Positions 1 through 9,111 of a stretch of 39,310 bases of DNA are shown here, one piece after another. Under the pieces are notes generated by a model, which made no database searches, was not told where the DNA came from, and saw only the letters and a list, made by a program, of their open reading frames with translations. This DNA comes from a virus (Duplodnaviria > Caudoviricetes), in IMG/VR virus record IMGVR_UViG_3300044630_002986, positions 1 through 39,310 of that record; one strand, 5' to 3'. Position 1 is the first letter of the stretch; each line of letters starts with the position of its first letter. Made by a program: the position numbers and the translations under genes.

Positions 1-1
1 T

Positions 2-142
2 TGTTATTATGTTAATACAATTAATTCTGGTGATTTACCATACACTTTTGGGGTTCCCATCGTACTTAGTAGTTTAACAAGTTTTAACATTAATGTTGTT
101 GATGATAATGGTTGCCAAATAAATCAAATAATAGTAATTTAA
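2..142 (+). CDS. 3' end of a small Cys-containing protein, likely paralog of the 75-aa ORF at 8883-9110 (truncated by the window edge)
   Basis: Frame 2 is open from the window start: CYYVNTINSGDLPYTFGVPIVLSSLTSFNINVVDDNGCQINQIIVI, with TAA at 140-142 overlapping the next ATG (TAATG). Not in the ORF track. Confidence 0.7.
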   Translation, partial: CYYVNTINSGDLPYTFGVPIVLSSLTSFNINVVDDNGCQINQIIVI

Positions 143-2877
143 TGCCTTGTAGTAGTGTATATTGTATAAGTGGGACTGGATTGTATGACGATAATTATGG
201 GATTGCACCTGGATTACACAATGGTTATGATTATTTTACTGGTTCAACATATTTAATTTATTATTCAATAATTGAAAATTGTTGGTGTTTGTCAACAGTT
301 TTAGACGGGCCTTGTCTTTTATTTGGTAAAAGTCCTTGTCTGAGTTCTTGTCCGGATCTTTGTGATTCTTTTTTTAATAGCGGTACTTGTCCAACTCCAA
401 CACCAACACCAACACAAGTTTGTAATATTGATTTTGATGCTATTTTTGATTGTGCTGTTACACCAACACCAACTATTACACCAACAACTACACCAACTCC
501 AACACCAACACCAACAGCATCACCTATAAATATTTGTGGTGGTGTTTCAATGGTTGTTACTGGAATTACATATACACCAACACCTCAACCAACAAGCACA
601 CCAACACCAACTCCAACACCAGATGTCTCAAGACCTTGTAATTTTACCGGATTAGTAACATTTAATACTTTAGAAGGAATCATTTCTTGTGCTAATAGTA
701 AAAGATTTGTTGACTGTCTTAATGGGGTTGAGTATTTTTCGAGTCAAAATATTTTAGATTCAAGTGGTAATCCAATATTACCTGATTATGTTTATGGTGG
801 TTTTGTAAATGGAATTTCAACTTGTTTTATTTATGTTGGTTTAGTTGATAATATAAGTGGTGTTGATAAAATTGAGATTACTAATGAATATGGTCCGGAA
901 AATGAAGGAAGTTGTATCTTCTGTAATTTACCTCCAATAAATCCAATTTGTCAAAGTTGTGATATTGGTTTTGATTTTTACAACCAGAACCCAATTGGTG
1001 TAATTTCTGTTGGTGTTATTACGGCAAGTTGTGAAACAAATGTCACGGACTATGTAATAGAGTGGTACGGTCCTGGTGTTGGTAGTACAAATGTTGTATT
1101 TACCTCTGGTTTAGGTATGGATTATTCTGGTCTATATTTATACCAACATCCATTAACTGGAACTTCTGAAGTGTTAGTTCTTGCTGGAATTTATACTCCA
1201 GTTATATCAAAAATAAAATTAGAAGGTATAGAATATACAGATTTAAATTGTTTTGATTTTACAAAAGTTAATGTTGACGCATTAACTTGTATTAATGGTG
1301 GTCCAACTAACAATCCAAATTATTCACATAAATTAGAATTTAGTACAACTGTCGGTCAAATACCACAACCAATATTAACAACATATGCTTTAGATTCATT
1401 AAAACCATATTTTGCTTATAGGTTCGGAGGTCAGACAATTTTTGACACATTAGAAATTACTTTTTATGGAAGTTCATACACTGGACCAATTTTAGTTGAG
1501 AGTATTTCACAAGGTGTTAATCTGAATGAAAGTAATTTTAGTTTTTCTTTAATACCTAAAAAATTTAAAGGAAATAGCCAAACAGCTTACTTTTCTAAAG
1601 TTTTAAATTTAACTAATTTTACAATAAATCCTGGAGATTATTTAGAAATAAAAATTACACCAAACCCAACTAATAACAATACAAATTGGGAACTTTATTG
1701 TGAATGTTTGGATAGTTTTAATTGTGATGTTTGTTATGATACAAGTATCACACAACCTTTTAAGATAATTGAATCTTCAATAACAACATCAATTTTTGCG
1801 TGTGGTACTAATATTGGTTTTGAGTTGATAGGTTGTACAAATAGTGACTTTAATAAATATTTATTACCGGGTTATGGTCAAAGTTTTGGAACAAATGTTC
1901 AATATATAAATAATTATTACACACCAACACAGCCATTACAAACCGGTTTATTAACACTAACACAAGTCACATCGTGTAATTCGTTTTTGGTTGGGAGTGG
2001 TTCTACATGTAATGTACCATCAACATCAACAATAACATATGACAAAAGTGTTATTGGTGGTGAAGGGTTGATTTCAATGACTTTTACAGATTATAATGAT
2101 TTTCTTACATACTGGAATGGTTGGCAAACAAAATATATGTCATATTCTGGAAATCCAACAGATTGTAATGACATTCAATATTATAGGTTTTTTACATTAA
2201 GGATACCATTGGCTCAAGGTTCTGAACAATGTGGTGACGCAACTGGATATAAAACATATAATATTCACCCATCAGCCATTGTTACATCTGGTGGTACTGG
2301 TCCTTGGTCAATGTCAATTACGATGCCAACAATATCAAATTGTATAAATTTTGGTAGTTGTAGTAATTGTGATGTAACGGTTCAAACTATCATTATTAAT
2401 GATATTAATAATACATCAACTGGTACAACAACTGACATTTCAATCACAACAAACACTGGGTCACGACTAATTAACCCGTTTGAAACCCTTGAATACGTAA
2501 CCTCTGCTTCAACAATTTTTTCAGCGGCAACTCAAACTGCTATTATGTCAATCCCAAAATATATAAATCAAACAATACCATATTCCGGTTCACCATTAAC
2601 ATTAATACCTTCTTTAAGTGCTGAAACTTGTAGTTTTGATAACTGGACTGAAGTACAAACTGGTGTTGCATCTAAAAATTTAAGTTTTTATAGATATTAC
2701 ACTTACTATTATCAGACAAGGTTAACAAATCCACTAAATCCTCAAGACTTTGAAATTTGGGCACCTACTTTTGTAAATGGTGTTTATAACGGATACCCTG
2801 GAGCTCCAATATTAAATAAAATATATGAAAGAATTGGTGGTGTTGGTACAGTAATTGACCCAAATTACTTTGTATAA
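142..2877 (+). CDS. Large Cys-rich, Thr/Pro-linker virion fibre/decoration-like protein
   Basis: Long ORF. ATG at 142, coupled to the upstream stop, is a better start than the TTG at 112. It has three (TP)n tracts, about 35-40 Cys and beta-rich composition. Function is inferred. Confidence 0.7.
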   Translation: MPCSSVYCISGTGLYDDNYGIAPGLHNGYDYFTGSTYLIYYSIIENCWCLSTVLDGPCLLFGKSPCLSSCPDLCDSFFNSGTCPTPTPTPTQVCNIDFDAIFDCAVTPTPTITPTTTPTPTPTPTASPINICGGVSMVVTGITYTPTPQPTSTPTPTPTPDVSRPCNFTGLVTFNTLEGIISCANSKRFVDCLNGVEYFSSQNILDSSGNPILPDYVYGGFVNGISTCFIYVGLVDNISGVDKIEITNEYGPENEGSCIFCNLPPINPICQSCDIGFDFYNQNPIGVISVGVITASCETNVTDYVIEWYGPGVGSTNVVFTSGLGMDYSGLYLYQHPLTGTSEVLVLAGIYTPVISKIKLEGIEYTDLNCFDFTKVNVDALTCINGGPTNNPNYSHKLEFSTTVGQIPQPILTTYALDSLKPYFAYRFGGQTIFDTLEITFYGSSYTGPILVESISQGVNLNESNFSFSLIPKKFKGNSQTAYFSKVLNLTNFTINPGDYLEIKITPNPTNNNTNWELYCECLDSFNCDVCYDTSITQPFKIIESSITTSIFACGTNIGFELIGCTNSDFNKYLLPGYGQSFGTNVQYINNYYTPTQPLQTGLLTLTQVTSCNSFLVGSGSTCNVPSTSTITYDKSVIGGEGLISMTFTDYNDFLTYWNGWQTKYMSYSGNPTDCNDIQYYRFFTLRIPLAQGSEQCGDATGYKTYNIHPSAIVTSGGTGPWSMSITMPTISNCINFGSCSNCDVTVQTIIINDINNTSTGTTTDISITTNTGSRLINPFETLEYVTSASTIFSAATQTAIMSIPKYINQTIPYSGSPLTLIPSLSAETCSFDNWTEVQTGVASKNLSFYRYYTYYYQTRLTNPLNPQDFEIWAPTFVNGVYNGYPGAPILNKIYERIGGVGTVIDPNYFV
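391..621 (+). repeat. Three coding (ACACCA)n-type tracts encoding (Thr-Pro)n linkers
   Basis: Degenerate ccaacaccaaca runs at about 391-413, 458-522 and 572-621. Confidence 0.85.
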
Positions 2878-2906
2878 AAAAAATATCGTCTAAAAAGACG
2901 ATATTT
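2876..2906. terminator. Intrinsic terminator between convergent genes (probably bidirectional)
   Basis: Perfect 11-bp inverted repeat AAATATCGTCT-AAAA-AGACGATATTT (2881-2906). The A-run on its left gives a U-tail on the minus strand. Confidence 0.8.
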
Positions 2907-2931
2907 CAAATTATCGGTATTTTAAACGATA

Positions 2932-3534
2932 TTACTTCCAAATTTCTTTTGATTTCATATAACCTAAAGCACAAGTGTAAGCATCAGTTTGGTCAAAATT
3001 TTCTTTTTTAAGTGTGTTATTTCTAGTATATTGCCAAGTAATTTGTGGTTCTCTTTTTGCCACTTTTTCCCAAATCAACATTTTTTTATCAACATCTTTT
3101 GGTAGTCCACCAAATAAAACGTGTTTTCCTTTATCATTTTCTTGTACTAAATCTGGCCAAGCAAATTTTCTGGCGTTATATGTTGATATAAACTCCGGGA
3201 CAATTCCCAAAATATTATAAATCTCTTTAAAGACAAAACTATTAAATCTTAATAAGGTTTGGATTGTATATACATTATTTGAATTTAATAAAGGTTCTTC
3301 AATTATTACTTTAATAACACCCAAATTCACATATTGTTTTATCTTTTCTCCAACAATTTCAGATTTTAACAATAATTCTTTCATCTTATCGTCATCTTCA
3401 ACTTTTGGTTTTGGTGAAATGTGTGTTAATTCTAATAGGTCTCCTGATTGTATATCAAATAATGCAACTCCAATTGTTTTTGTTGATATGTCAAGACCAA
3501 GAACTTTTGGTGAATTCTTTATTGATTTTTTCAT
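2932..3534 (-). CDS. RuvC-like Holliday junction resolvase
   Basis: RNase H-fold motifs VLGLDISTKTIGVALFD, IIEEP and C-terminal DQTDAY. Length 200 aa. Confidence 0.8.
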   Translation of the reverse strand: MKKSIKNSPKVLGLDISTKTIGVALFDIQSGDLLELTHISPKPKVEDDDKMKELLLKSEIVGEKIKQYVNLGVIKVIIEEPLLNSNNVYTIQTLLRFNSFVFKEIYNILGIVPEFISTYNARKFAWPDLVQENDKGKHVLFGGLPKDVDKKMLIWEKVAKREPQITWQYTRNNTLKKENFDQTDAYTCALGYMKSKEIWK

Positions 3535-3546
3535 AAAAAAGTTTTT

Positions 3547-3580
3547 TTAAAAATATATGGGGAACTTTAATAAATTAAAG
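3547..3580 (-). promoter_or_regulatory. Putative sigma70-like promoter TTTAAT-N16-TATATT upstream of the resolvase
   Basis: The coding strand reads TTTAAT ttattaaagttcccca TATATTTTTAA. The same layout and an identical 13-mer occur at 8835-8867. Confidence 0.4.
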
Positions 3581-3582
3581 GT

Positions 3583-6333
3583 TTAGAAATCTATCTTAAC
3601 CACAAATTGTTGAATACCTTGTCTTAACACCGGTGATTGTAGTTTTGACATAACCATAATATCTTTATTACTATCAAGTAATGCAATTTCTGTAATATAA
3701 GATTTTGTTCCTTGTGTCCAAGTTGGATTTGTTGTATTTTGGAACTCAGCCGAACTTAAATTAATCTTATATCTCATTTCATAAATTGTTGCCTGAATAT
3801 CAGATTCAAGAGAACCATAGAAATAATATTCATCACCAAAGTTTAATTTTGGTTGGGTTGTACCATTTGGTACAAGGTCAATATAATCATTTAAATTATA
3901 ATATGGCGCACTATCATATTGCTCTTTTGTAATTACAAATGTGGTTCCAGTTAAAGATTCTTGTGTTATATAACCATTAAGTTTTTGATTCTCAATTAAA
4001 TAAGTATAATCAATTATTTTCCATAAAGATGGGTTCGGTCTTTCTCCGGTTGTAACCTTTTGTGCTAAAACTTCAAATGTATCTGCAAAAAATCCTCTTG
4101 GTAATTCACAACTTACCGGACATATTGTTGTAGTAGTAGTTGTATATAAACTTCTAATTTTTTCAACAGAAGCAAAGTTTGAATTTTCAGTTGTAAATGG
4201 AATGTTCAATATCGCTTGATTACACCAAATTAAATTGTCACCATTATTTGTTGTTATTACATTTAAATCTTGAGTTAAAATATAACAAGTTTCAACAAAT
4301 GGTATTGTTGTTGTAGTTGTTGTAGTTGGTATTTCACCTTGTGTTAAACAATTAAATTCCGGACCAAATCTAACAGCAACATTTTGTGACACATTTGGAT
4401 TACAGTCATTGTTGTTTCCGACAATTTTTGAATAGTAATTTGAATGTAATGAATTTGTAAATGACATTGTGTTTGATAATCTATATGTTACATACATTGT
4501 TTCACTATTTCCGGTTAATATACCATCATTTGTTGTTCCAGGTATTCCACAAGTATTTGGTGTAATTAAAGAAACTTGAGGTGCGGTTAATGTCCAGTTT
4601 CTATTTGATTTATAAGACATTGCGGCAATAATTTCTTCATCATCAATTATTACTAATTTACTATCTGGGAATACTTTACCAACTCTACTTGGTAATCCAT
4701 TAGCATTTGGATTTGTATCCCAAAGATGATAATATCTAATACCAGGTTGATTCATACCTTCATTTTTGGTTGATTCCAAATAATGAACCTCAAATAAATT
4801 TTTACCATCAAATCCCGGAGGATCAACCCAGAAAGTTTGACCAAAACAACATTCAGGATTTTTATGCCACATAATCCAAGGAATATGTAACTTAAAGTTT
4901 CTTGCCTGACCAGTAGTATCATCAGGATTAGTTGGGTTATATGGTTCTAACGCAAATTTTTCACCATAGAAGAAATCAATTGTTTGATTTGTATAATGAA
5001 TAATTGCAATAGCTTTTTGTTCTTCCGGTGTTACTATAATTTTTTCATCAAATGAGTTATAATAATAAACAGAATCAGTATCTATTTGTCCCTTTTGTGA
5101 TGTATATCCAAAATATTCTTTTGTTCCAATATAATCTATAGAACCAAATTTTGTATAATCTTCATAGAATGTTGAGCTTAACCCGGCTGGAGATTCCGTC
5201 CAAGGAATATTCATATTCCATATTTTAACATCAAATTGATCTATATCGCAAATTGATTCAAAATTTATAACATCATCAGCCCAATGTGGTCTCGGTGTTA
5301 TACTATCATATATTGATGTCATATTTGGTGGATAGATTATTGTCCTTGCAATACAATTAAAATTTGTCAACATTGTAAAATCAGGGGTTACTCTGTCTAA
5401 AGTAATTTTGTCTTCACAAATAGCAACAATTCTATATGTTAGAATTGAATAACAAGAGTGTGTATCCATTAAACACACAGCTGGTGGTGGTGGTGGACAT
5501 GCTCTACTTGGTGTTGGTGTTACACAAGGTGTTCTTGTTGGTGTTGGTGTAGGTGTTGGTGATGCACAAGGATTATAGTTTTGTGTTAAACTTGGTGTTG
5601 GGGTTGGTGTTGGAGTTTGTGTTACAATTGGGGTAGACTCACAATCACTCCAAACTAAAAAGTCATCGTCTTCGGTTGTTATAAACTCATCAAGTTCAGT
5701 CATTATGATACATGTATCAATAATTGGGGTTGGACTTGGTGTTGGGGTTGGGGTTAATGGTGGTAGGTTTGAACATCCACAATTATAATTTCCACTACCA
5801 TCATAAAAAATAGTAATAAAATCACCAACTGATGGTGTGTTTTTATTTGTATAATCACATCCAACATTTGTAATTGTAATTTGATTTGAACCATTCAATG
5901 TTGACATATCAACAACATAATTTGCACTAACAGCATAAATATTACTTGTTAAAGCACTCCAACTTATAGTTGACGCAGTTGTATTACCGGTAAAAAACCC
6001 TCTTAATGGTGCTCTATTAAAAACTGGATCAATACCAGAATCCATATAAGGAATACCAAAAGTATTTCCTTCATTACCGTCAACATAATATGGATATTTT
6101 ACATTTTGTCTATTTGACTGTGGAACACCAGAAATATTTTGTGAATTAAATGGTGGTTCTAAAACAAAACTTTTTGCTTGATTATATGTTGAGGGTAATA
6201 CGTCATATGACACTTCACTATCACCTATTTGGAAATAACTTATATTAAAACTTCCTTGTGAAAGTTTCTGTCTTCCGGCGTCAGTGACTCTTGTATTTAC
6301 GAGTCCAGATGTATTTTTAAGTATATATGTCAT
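3583..6333 (-). CDS. Tail/baseplate fibre-attachment protein with DUF3751-like termini and Thr/Pro linkers
   Basis: N-terminal VTDAGRQKLSQG..ISYFQIGD and C-terminal YITEIALLDSNKDIMVMSKL resemble the two ends of phage tail-collar/fibre (DUF3751-like) domains. (TP)n and poly-Thr tracts lie inside. Confidence 0.6.
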   Translation of the reverse strand: MTYILKNTSGLVNTRVTDAGRQKLSQGSFNISYFQIGDSEVSYDVLPSTYNQAKSFVLEPPFNSQNISGVPQSNRQNVKYPYYVDGNEGNTFGIPYMDSGIDPVFNRAPLRGFFTGNTTASTISWSALTSNIYAVSANYVVDMSTLNGSNQITITNVGCDYTNKNTPSVGDFITIFYDGSGNYNCGCSNLPPLTPTPTPSPTPIIDTCIIMTELDEFITTEDDDFLVWSDCESTPIVTQTPTPTPTPSLTQNYNPCASPTPTPTPTRTPCVTPTPSRACPPPPPAVCLMDTHSCYSILTYRIVAICEDKITLDRVTPDFTMLTNFNCIARTIIYPPNMTSIYDSITPRPHWADDVINFESICDIDQFDVKIWNMNIPWTESPAGLSSTFYEDYTKFGSIDYIGTKEYFGYTSQKGQIDTDSVYYYNSFDEKIIVTPEEQKAIAIIHYTNQTIDFFYGEKFALEPYNPTNPDDTTGQARNFKLHIPWIMWHKNPECCFGQTFWVDPPGFDGKNLFEVHYLESTKNEGMNQPGIRYYHLWDTNPNANGLPSRVGKVFPDSKLVIIDDEEIIAAMSYKSNRNWTLTAPQVSLITPNTCGIPGTTNDGILTGNSETMYVTYRLSNTMSFTNSLHSNYYSKIVGNNNDCNPNVSQNVAVRFGPEFNCLTQGEIPTTTTTTTIPFVETCYILTQDLNVITTNNGDNLIWCNQAILNIPFTTENSNFASVEKIRSLYTTTTTTICPVSCELPRGFFADTFEVLAQKVTTGERPNPSLWKIIDYTYLIENQKLNGYITQESLTGTTFVITKEQYDSAPYYNLNDYIDLVPNGTTQPKLNFGDEYYFYGSLESDIQATIYEMRYKINLSSAEFQNTTNPTWTQGTKSYITEIALLDSNKDIMVMSKLQSPVLRQGIQQFVVKIDF

Positions 6334-6340
6334 TTATAAT

Positions 6341-6348
6341 TATAAATA
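6341..6348 (-). promoter_or_regulatory. TATTTATA motif, putative phage (late) promoter
   Basis: Lies 7 nt upstream of the ATG. The core TATTTAT recurs in eight intergenic spacers of this window. Confidence 0.55.
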
Positions 6349-6367
6349 TTTATATTCTGTTTTTTTA

Positions 6368-7831
6368 TTATGGATTTATAAAAGGACCTGTTATTGATAG
6401 TGCGTTTGGTTGTGGTGGATTTACAAATACAAAATTACAACATTCACAACCATTTGAATTTCTTATATTTGTAATTAAGATTTGGAAAGTTTTATATGGT
6501 TCACCGTAACAAGTTGGTAGTGGTGGTGTTAATATTGATACATTATCTGTAAATGTTCCATTTAAAATATCACCGGATGTCATAGCTATACTTTGCCAAA
6601 CGGTTGTTGTTTGTGTTTTTAATCTTCCATAAACAGAACAAGGTCCAGTAATTGCAATATTTGTTGGGACAATACTTGGTGAACCGGTTGGTGGAACTAC
6701 TATTGAATTTTTATATAAAGTCAAGACATTATTATACGTTTGTGTTGAACTCGGTGGTTGTTTAATGAATGTACTTAAATGTTCTATATCAAAAGTTACT
6801 GTTGTTCCAATAGGGAGTGCTGGACTAATAGTGATATTAAATGTATTTGTTGGTGCATATTGTATATTTAATGTTAAAGTGTATGTTACTGGTGATGGCG
6901 ATGGTGCTAATGTTATTTGTTGACTACTTATTGTACCTACGGAATCTTTTATAAACGCAGAATAGTTACCACCACATAAATTTTGGAAAACTGGTGTTGA
7001 TTGGTATGTAACACCTCCATTTATTGAATATTGATAAGGTGGTGTTCCACCTTGTGCTGCAACCGTAATAGAACCATTACATTGACAAGTTGGGTCATTT
7101 TTATTTACATTTATTTGTAAAGAATTGGTATTAGTACAATTACCTTCAGTAAATAAAACACTATTTACAATTGTATTTGGTGTATTTACACCAACTAATT
7201 GCCAATTTGTTAATGGTAGTGGATCTCCAGTTGATGGATTTGTATATGAATTATTTGTTATATAACCACTTGTAAGTCCAGATACAATCCAAGAATTTAT
7301 TGTATCGGCACTCCAATAAATTAATAGATTTTGTGATGATGCTGACCAACTTGGATACCCATTGTAAAAACCAGAATATGTAAATTGTGTTAATGTGGTA
7401 TTAGTTGTTTGGAACCCATACTTTAAATTAGTGATATTAAGTGATAAACAATAATCACTATATACTTTTTGAGTTGTTGTTTCTGGAATTGTTGTAGTTG
7501 TCGTTGTAATTCCAGTTAAAACACAAGTTGTTGTTGCTGTAAAATCACCATAATAATCAACAACAGTTGCTGTATATTCTCCGGCACCAAGATTAAATTT
7601 TGCTGGTGCAACACTACCATCGTCCCACAATATTGTAAATGGTGGAGTTCCTCCAGTTATTCCAAGTCCAACAACACCATCATATGAATCTGAAAAAGTA
7701 GGTTGTATTGTAAAACAATTAACACCCATTGGGAATATAGTAATTGGGTCGCACTCATTTTTTGGCTGAATGGGTACATCCGGTCTTGGTTGTGATGTTG
7801 TTGTTGTGGTTGTTATACTATATAAACTCAT
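6368..7831 (-). CDS. SprB-repeat-containing virion protein with poly-Thr linkers
   Basis: SprB-like repeats GITGGTPPFTILWDDG..NLGAGEYTATVVD and NGSITVAAQGGTPPYQYSING..FQNLCGGNYSAFIKDS. TTTTTT runs are present. Confidence 0.7.
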   Translation of the reverse strand: MSLYSITTTTTTSQPRPDVPIQPKNECDPITIFPMGVNCFTIQPTFSDSYDGVVGLGITGGTPPFTILWDDGSVAPAKFNLGAGEYTATVVDYYGDFTATTTCVLTGITTTTTTIPETTTQKVYSDYCLSLNITNLKYGFQTTNTTLTQFTYSGFYNGYPSWSASSQNLLIYWSADTINSWIVSGLTSGYITNNSYTNPSTGDPLPLTNWQLVGVNTPNTIVNSVLFTEGNCTNTNSLQINVNKNDPTCQCNGSITVAAQGGTPPYQYSINGGVTYQSTPVFQNLCGGNYSAFIKDSVGTISSQQITLAPSPSPVTYTLTLNIQYAPTNTFNITISPALPIGTTVTFDIEHLSTFIKQPPSSTQTYNNVLTLYKNSIVVPPTGSPSIVPTNIAITGPCSVYGRLKTQTTTVWQSIAMTSGDILNGTFTDNVSILTPPLPTCYGEPYKTFQILITNIRNSNGCECCNFVFVNPPQPNALSITGPFINP

Positions 7832-7855
7832 TTTATTTATTTAATAAATAATCAT

Positions 7856-8833
7856 TTATTTGTTTTTTTCTATAAATGATTTCATAACATCTATATATTT
7901 TATTGTTGTACTACCTTTATCAACATAATCAAAATGATTTGGGTCTTCTTTTAATTTTTCTATTGGGTCAACATTTATGTAATCGCCTTTATAAAATTTT
8001 GTATTTTTAAGATTATCAGTTACTCCGGCCATATGTAAAATTGGGTTTTTATCATATATTACAACTGGATCTGTAGCCCAAGAAAAACTTAATTCATTTG
8101 TTATTTTTGTTTCAAAACCAAATAACCATAAGTTCCAAAGTAGTGCCCACATTTCAGCAGTCCAAAACTGTATTTGTCCAGGATTGATTGGAAATCTTTT
8201 TTGGTAATTCAACATTTGATTATATAGTGGTGTTGAGTCTTTATATATCTTATCCCAAAGTTCAAATGTCGTATTTTTTAATATATACTGGCCGCCTCCG
8301 GAATTTTCTTGATTGTTTTTTATTAAATTTATATCAATACCAACAACATCAGCCATTTCTTGTAATAGTTGTCCTTTTTGTGAATTTGTATGTTGTTGTT
8401 CATACCTATTACAACAATCAATAATGTATTTATATCCAATATAACTTTTTGTGTCTGATAAATAATTTATATCATCATCTAATAATATTTCAAAGTTTGG
8501 TAATCTTGAGAAGATTATGTCAGCATCGTGTAAGAAAAAACATTTTCCATATTCCGGATTATTTTCTAACCATTTTGAGATTAAATATGGTTTTATACTT
8601 GGGATATATGTTTTTTTATTTCTTAAATCTTCAAAAAAATGGACATTTATTCCATATTCTTTTAATTTTTCAGCATCTAATGATGGTTGTTTTTGTCCAT
8701 TACATAGGCCAAATATCACATGTATTTGATTTGGGTTAATCCCATTTTCAATAAAATTATGAACATATAGTTTAACTTGCCAATGAAAATATGAAACATC
8801 AGGTTGTGCCGTTACAAATATAATATCTTTCAT
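7856..8833 (-). CDS. GT-A glycosyltransferase resembling peptidyl-serine alpha-galactosyltransferase / hydroxyproline O-arabinosyltransferase (GT96/GT95-like)
   Basis: Ordered motifs YFHWQ, YIPSIKPYLISKWL, FFLHDADII (DxD) and WTAEMW match my recollection of plant SERGT1 motifs YFDWQ, YPAINKP..V..WL, VILDADMI and WISEMY. Confidence 0.7.
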   Translation of the reverse strand: MKDIIFVTAQPDVSYFHWQVKLYVHNFIENGINPNQIHVIFGLCNGQKQPSLDAEKLKEYGINVHFFEDLRNKKTYIPSIKPYLISKWLENNPEYGKCFFLHDADIIFSRLPNFEILLDDDINYLSDTKSYIGYKYIIDCCNRYEQQHTNSQKGQLLQEMADVVGIDINLIKNNQENSGGGQYILKNTTFELWDKIYKDSTPLYNQMLNYQKRFPINPGQIQFWTAEMWALLWNLWLFGFETKITNELSFSWATDPVVIYDKNPILHMAGVTDNLKNTKFYKGDYINVDPIEKLKEDPNHFDYVDKGSTTIKYIDVMKSFIEKNK

Positions 8834-8834
8834 A

Positions 8835-8867
8835 TTAAAAATATATGAAAGAATAAACTTTATTAAA
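8835..8867 (-). promoter_or_regulatory. Putative sigma70-like promoter TTTAAT-N16-TATATT directly upstream of the glycosyltransferase
   Basis: The coding strand reads TTTAAT aaagtttattctttca TATATTTTTAA t ATG. It shares CATATATTTTTAA with the resolvase leader. Confidence 0.4.
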
Positions 8868-8882
8868 TATTTTGTTTATTAA

Positions 8883-9110
8883 TTAAGAACAGACAATGAA
8901 TTCTTCGTAATCACAATTTACACAATTTGACAGTCTAATTAATACCGATGAGTAAGTTTCAAATATTGGTGGTAATTGAATTGTTATTGTTGGCGGTATT
9001 GAATTATTTATTGTTGCGATTAAAATACAATTATTCCCATAATAGTCACAACAATAAACATCAAAAGGTACTGTCATTCCTGTAACACCACTAAAACTAA
9101 TTTCTGTCAT
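8883..9110 (-). CDS. Small Cys-rich protein (single beta-sandwich-like module)
   Basis: 75 aa with 6 Cys. Starts 1 nt after the upstream stop and resembles the partial ORF at 2-142. Confidence 0.7.
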   Translation of the reverse strand: MTEISFSGVTGMTVPFDVYCCDYYGNNCILIATINNSIPPTITIQLPPIFETYSSVLIRLSNCVNCDYEEFIVCS

Positions 9111-9111
9111 A

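Noticed and set aside
112-141. ORF-track start at 112 for the 921-aa protein
   Set aside because: It is a TTG inside the upstream gene. The ATG at 142 overlaps that gene's stop (TAATG) and is more plausible.
450-641. Short alternative-frame ORFs over repeats (also 10124-10315)
   Set aside because: They are by-products of stop-free (Thr-Pro)n codon repeats inside real genes.
2932-3534. RuvC-fold protein as TnpB/Cas12 or transposase
   Set aside because: It is only 200 aa with no zinc finger, IS ends or array. It fits a stand-alone resolvase.
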